Shown piece after piece: positions 61,019 to 64,000 of a DNA stretch of 64,000 bases. Position 1 is the stretch's first letter. Each line of letters begins with the position of its first letter. The position numbers and the translations under genes are program-made. The DNA is taken from assembly GCA_021203305.1 (NCBI GenBank), contig JAJQBK010000052.1:10937-74936 (forward strand), read 5' to 3'. Under the pieces are notes generated by a model, which was not told the DNA's origin, ran no database searches, and was given only the letters and a program-made list of their open reading frames with translations. This DNA is from Lachnospiraceae bacterium (lineage in GTDB: Bacteria > Bacillota > Clostridia > Lachnospirales > Lachnospiraceae).

Positions 61019-61145
61019 GGTATGCCTTTCAGGCATCTCCTAAATCTATGCGCTGACGCGTGGGGTGCGCTTCGCGCAATAGGTTATGCCTTTCAGGCAC
61101 CTCCTGAATTTATGCGCTGATGCGCGGAGTGCGCTTCGCGCAATA
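61019..61145 (-). repeat. Two tandem 63-64 nt GC-rich units inside the gltB 5' leader
   Basis: Units at 61019-61081 and 61082-61145, about 85% identical. In sense orientation each has hairpins TGCGC-GAA-GCGCA, GCGC-ATCA-GCGC and ATGCC-TGAAA-GGCAT, the last preceded by AGGAG. Confidence 0.8.
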
Positions 61146-61177
61146 TGTTAACACTTTTATCGCGTTGCGCTTTTTGT

Positions 61178-61206
61178 ATTATACTTCGCTTTCTGGAATT
61201 TGTAAA
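61178..61206 (-). promoter_or_regulatory. gltB promoter, TTTACA-N17-TATAAT
   Basis: Minus-strand TTTACA (61206-61201), 17 nt, TATAAT (61183-61178). This implies a leader of about 250 nt. Confidence 0.6.
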
Positions 61207-61302
61207 CACCCAATTTTCTCCAAGCTGTCTGATAATTTGCCATTTTACTTCTTTAATCCATAATTGTCTGATAAAGCAATAATATATTCACCAAATCAAA
61301 GA

Positions 61303-61345
61303 GTTGCAGAAACAATTTCCCGCTCGAGTTCCTGCAACTTTTTTT
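61303..61345. terminator. Hairpin with a T7 run downstream of the vapD-like gene
   Basis: GTTGCAGAAAC / GTTCCTGCAAC stem. The long T-run is on the plus strand, and only CTCTTTG follows on the minus strand. Confidence 0.45.
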
Positions 61346-61381
61346 AATTTCTTTTCAGTTTTTTATCAAATAATGGAAATA

Positions 61382-61777
61382 TTATGAATTGTTTTTGTTG
61401 TATGCGCAATTCACCGTTTCTATTTCCATCGCGTATTTTCCCACTGTCGGCATCAATTCAAACTGCTCGCCTATATCCGTTACACCTATGACAATCAGGC
61501 ACTTATGAAGCCATGGCATATCCTCAACCATACTTTTTATCAGTGTATTAATCTCTATGCTCGTCAGTTCCAAGATGGAAATATACACAGAATATTGCCG
61601 ATGAACAAATCCGTTTTCATACATAAAACTCCCAATATCCCGCCATGCTTTTTTATAATATTGAGGGTTAAATCTCATCTTCTGTCGCGGGTAATACTCC
61701 CTTAATCTTCTGTCACTTAAATCAAAGGTGATCTGCTTTTGTATCGGCTTTCCGAATAACAGCAAATCATCCTTCAT
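61382..61777 (-). CDS. vapD: VapD-family (Cas2-like fold) putative endoribonuclease toxin
   Basis: KQITFDLSDRRLREYYP....YKKAWRDIGSFMYENGFVHRQYSVYIS aligns by eye with Haemophilus VapD (AFDL..Y.P....Y.DIG..L...GF...QGS.Y). Overlaps the upstream ORF by 11 nt. Confidence 0.6.
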   Translation of the reverse strand: MKDDLLLFGKPIQKQITFDLSDRRLREYYPRQKMRFNPQYYKKAWRDIGSFMYENGFVHRQYSVYISILELTSIEINTLIKSMVEDMPWLHKCLIVIGVTDIGEQFELMPTVGKYAMEIETVNCAYNKNNS

Positions 61778-62120
61778 GTATTTTCAGTGCCTTCCTCCTT
61801 CTGTTTCTCTCCAGTATTTCCCTCATCCTGGGCAGTTGTGGCAACAGGTCCTCTGCCAGCTCATTCTGGAAATAAAGGCAGGAAGTCAGGCTGTCCGCAA
61901 ACCATTCACACTCCAGAAAAGCAAGAGTAACCGCCCACATATTTCCATAGTCCCATCTGTTTCCCTGATCCGCAAACGCCAAAACGTCATTATCCGAAAT
62001 ACAGATCAGACCATTTTTCTCATAATTTGATTTCACAATACCGCATACCTGCTCTTTGTCATAGCCATAACTCTGAAGAGCTTTTTCATCAAGGGTGAAC
62101 TCCATTCTCAGCTTCGCCAT
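61767..62120 (-). CDS. Hypothetical 117-aa protein, candidate cognate partner/antitoxin of the VapD-like gene
   Basis: GAGGAG RBS 9 nt before the ATG at 62120, and an extended -10 TGgTATACT upstream (62196-62201). No recognisable HTH/RHH. Basic C-terminal tail RMREILERNRRRKALK. Confidence 0.5.
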   Translation of the reverse strand: MAKLRMEFTLDEKALQSYGYDKEQVCGIVKSNYEKNGLICISDNDVLAFADQGNRWDYGNMWAVTLAFLECEWFADSLTSCLYFQNELAEDLLPQLPRMREILERNRRRKALKIHEG

Positions 62121-62286
62121 AATACCGGTCTCCTCGTCAATTTATTTTCACCGTTACCGCGGTGATTACGCTTCTCTTTAGTAACACCTCAAAACAGTAT
62201 ACCACATTATTTTGGCTGTTTGGACGATATATCGACCCAATTCGATTTTTATTCTATAGTCCCGCAAAATCAGATGTTGGCGGTTC

Positions 62287-62874
62287 TTAATATTCCTGCA
62301 GAGCCAGCGCTGTTATGTCAATCTCCCCGGTAACCCATTCTCCCTTCGCGTTGTCATAAACGGAATAGACAGCGCTGTTTCCCGACACCTCCAGACACGG
62401 CGACATCTCCTGGCTGCTGATCGTCAGCTCTCCGATTTTCGAATAATATCCAATCTGCAGATCGGCATCAATATAATACATCCTGTAAAGATTGAAATTA
62501 GACGCCCCGTACTGACCGATCAGCACCTCCATACAGCCGTCGGCATTCAGGTCTGTCACCTGTAAATCAAAGTTCTCCTGAAAGCAAAGCGTTTCATCCC
62601 ATTCAGTAAGCTGATACCGGCTTAAAACCGAATCACTGCCGGATTCCATCACCACCAGCTCATACTCGCCCGACCAGTTCGGGCCAAACCCGGGGCCAAC
62701 AGAATAGTCGCTCTCGTATTCCCCTTCATAAAGGCGCAGCAAAAGAACATAATTGCCAAAATAGCCTGCACCCATAATGATGGGCTCTTCTACCCGAATA
62801 TCCATCTCAGACTTTCCGCAGCCCGCGCAGCCAAGTACAAGCACCAGCAACAATATAAAAATTGATTTTCTCAT
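62287..62874 (-). CDS. Hypothetical lipoprotein
   Basis: Signal peptide and lipobox (LLLVLVLGCAGCG). FG-GAP/VCBS-like DLNADGCMEVLIGQYG segment. Confidence 0.55.
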   Translation of the reverse strand: MRKSIFILLLVLVLGCAGCGKSEMDIRVEEPIIMGAGYFGNYVLLLRLYEGEYESDYSVGPGFGPNWSGEYELVVMESGSDSVLSRYQLTEWDETLCFQENFDLQVTDLNADGCMEVLIGQYGASNFNLYRMYYIDADLQIGYYSKIGELTISSQEMSPCLEVSGNSAVYSVYDNAKGEWVTGEIDITALALQEY

Positions 62875-62963
62875 AAGAACCCCCACTGTTTTTTACTGAG
62901 ATCAGTTTAGCATCCGCATATGATCTGTAAGTCTCCTGATCGTCGGCCTTCTCCTGCGATAAA

Positions 62964-64000
62964 TCATGCCTTTACAGGATCAAACCACTCCCTTACCTTA
63001 CTGGCGCTGACATCCACCACACGCGCGATATCATTGTCACCCATTCCCATATCCCTCAATTTAAAAGCAACCTGTCTTGCTTTTTCATTTTCTCCGGCGC
63101 GATACCTTTCGCCCCATTCTGTTCCAAACAAACTGTCTTTGGATACCTCCCCGCCTTCGTACATAATTTTTCCACCTGGAGTTTTATAGCTTTTAAGTTC
63201 TCTTTCAAAGCTCTTCAAAATGTACTCTATAACATCGTCATCCATTCCTTTATCCTGCATACAGCGCGCCTTTTCTGCTGACCATGCACGATACCTTCTG
63301 TCCCATTCTGTTTCAAGTATTCTTCCTCCAAACACTTCCCCGACTCCTTTCCTGACTTTCTCATACCTGACAGCTATGCCTTCCAGCACATTCTTAGACA
63401 TGTCAATAATCATCCTGTACTCATATGAAGTCAGTTGCTTCTGCTCCACCAGCCTATCCAGTTGTTCGATTATTTTTACATATTCCGCCTGTAATTCACT
63501 CAGCTTCTCTTCATTCGTATTATACTCTTCAAAACGCTTCTCATATGTAAAAATATAAAACGGTATCAGCATGAAAAGCTTCTTTTCGAAAATTTCCTCA
63601 ATCGTATATTCCTGCAGCTTCATCGCATGCACATTGAAGCTGACCGCTCCTCCCGGTGTATTGATCTGAATCTGCAGCTTATCAGGTGTAGATTTCCAGC
63701 TTCGCAAATATAAAATCGCGCAGTGCGGAATCTCCACCTTCAGTATGTCTCCCTCGACCTTCCCTTCATCCAACGCAATCTGCGTAGAATACTCAAATAT
63801 CCTGACCAGCATGCTGCTGTCCGGGCGGCTCTGGCACTCAAACAGGTACTTTTTCCTCTCAATCCCATGCACTGTAAAGCTGGTGTCCGTGATGCGCTTT
63901 TCCTCCCCGCCATCCTGCCTGTTCAGAAAATGCTCATTGGGTGAAAAATCTACATACTCTTCTCCGGTATAATGTTCACCAAATACCTCGTTGAGAACCG
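62964..64000 (-). CDS. Rpn-family recombination-promoting nuclease / putative transposase (PD-(D/E)XK); 5' end beyond the window
   Basis: The frame stays open from 64000 down to the stop at 62964. ..ITDTSFTVHGIERKKYLFECQS.. is the nuclease core, and the C-terminus has duplicated EW..RYRA..EKAR modules. The ORF-track GTG start at 63872 is internal. Confidence 0.75.
   Translation of the reverse strand, partial: VLNEVFGEHYTGEEYVDFSPNEHFLNRQDGGEEKRITDTSFTVHGIERKKYLFECQSRPDSSMLVRIFEYSTQIALDEGKVEGDILKVEIPHCAILYLRSWKSTPDKLQIQINTPGGAVSFNVHAMKLQEYTIEEIFEKKLFMLIPFYIFTYEKRFEEYNTNEEKLSELQAEYVKIIEQLDRLVEQKQLTSYEYRMIIDMSKNVLEGIAVRYEKVRKGVGEVFGGRILETEWDRRYRAWSAEKARCMQDKGMDDDVIEYILKSFERELKSYKTPGGKIMYEGGEVSKDSLFGTEWGERYRAGENEKARQVAFKLRDMGMGDNDIARVVDVSASKVREWFDPVKA

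Noticed and set aside
61226-61275. TnrA/GlnR-type operator (TGTNA-N7-TNACA) upstream of the gltB promoter
   Set aside because: The two TGTCTGATAA boxes do not complete the 17-bp palindrome; the second half-sites are TGCCA and CAATA. They are mentioned only as a repeated motif within the gltB leader finding.

Overview
This 64-kb window looks like a chromosomal segment from a moderately GC-rich Clostridia genome, probably Lachnospiraceae-like. That placement rests on gene content and operon style only. All product calls come from recognising conserved motifs in the supplied translations; no database search was run.

Most of the window is housekeeping and sits on the minus strand:
- The complete rimP-nusA-ylxR-ylxQ-infB-rbfA-nrnA-truB-ribF block, followed by an NlpC/P60 hydrolase, rpsO and pnp.
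- tRNA-Ser(CGA) and tRNA-Ala(CGC).
- L25/Ctc, secDF, rubrerythrin, exonuclease III and a GH51 arabinofuranosidase.
- An amino-acid ABC transporter, dapA-dapB, typA, a yigZ-mgtE-X-pspA operon and glnS.
- kdgK, an AlkD-like gene, hdeD, an AI-2E transporter and gltB-gltD.

Accessory or unusual content:
1. Two paralogous ECF-type sigma/anti-sigma pairs share a TGAAA(C/T)-N16-CGTCATATA promoter. One pair is preceded by an array of promoter-like 43-44 bp tandem units.
2. A SCIFF ranthipeptide precursor and its radical-SAM maturase.
3. A translationally coupled small-gene pair containing a DUF4160 protein.
4. A glycerate 2-kinase gene bracketed by two diverged remnants of an Rpn-type PD-(D/E)XK nuclease gene. 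An intact Rpn paralog runs off the right edge.
5. A VapD(Cas2-like)-family gene overlapping an unrecognised upstream partner, which is a candidate toxin-antitoxin pair.
6. GC-rich structured or tandem intergenic elements in the gltB leader, upstream of hdeD and upstream of rimP.

I saw no CRISPR array, integrase, transposase with terminal repeats or prophage block. None of the candidate novel elements can be confirmed from sequence alone.
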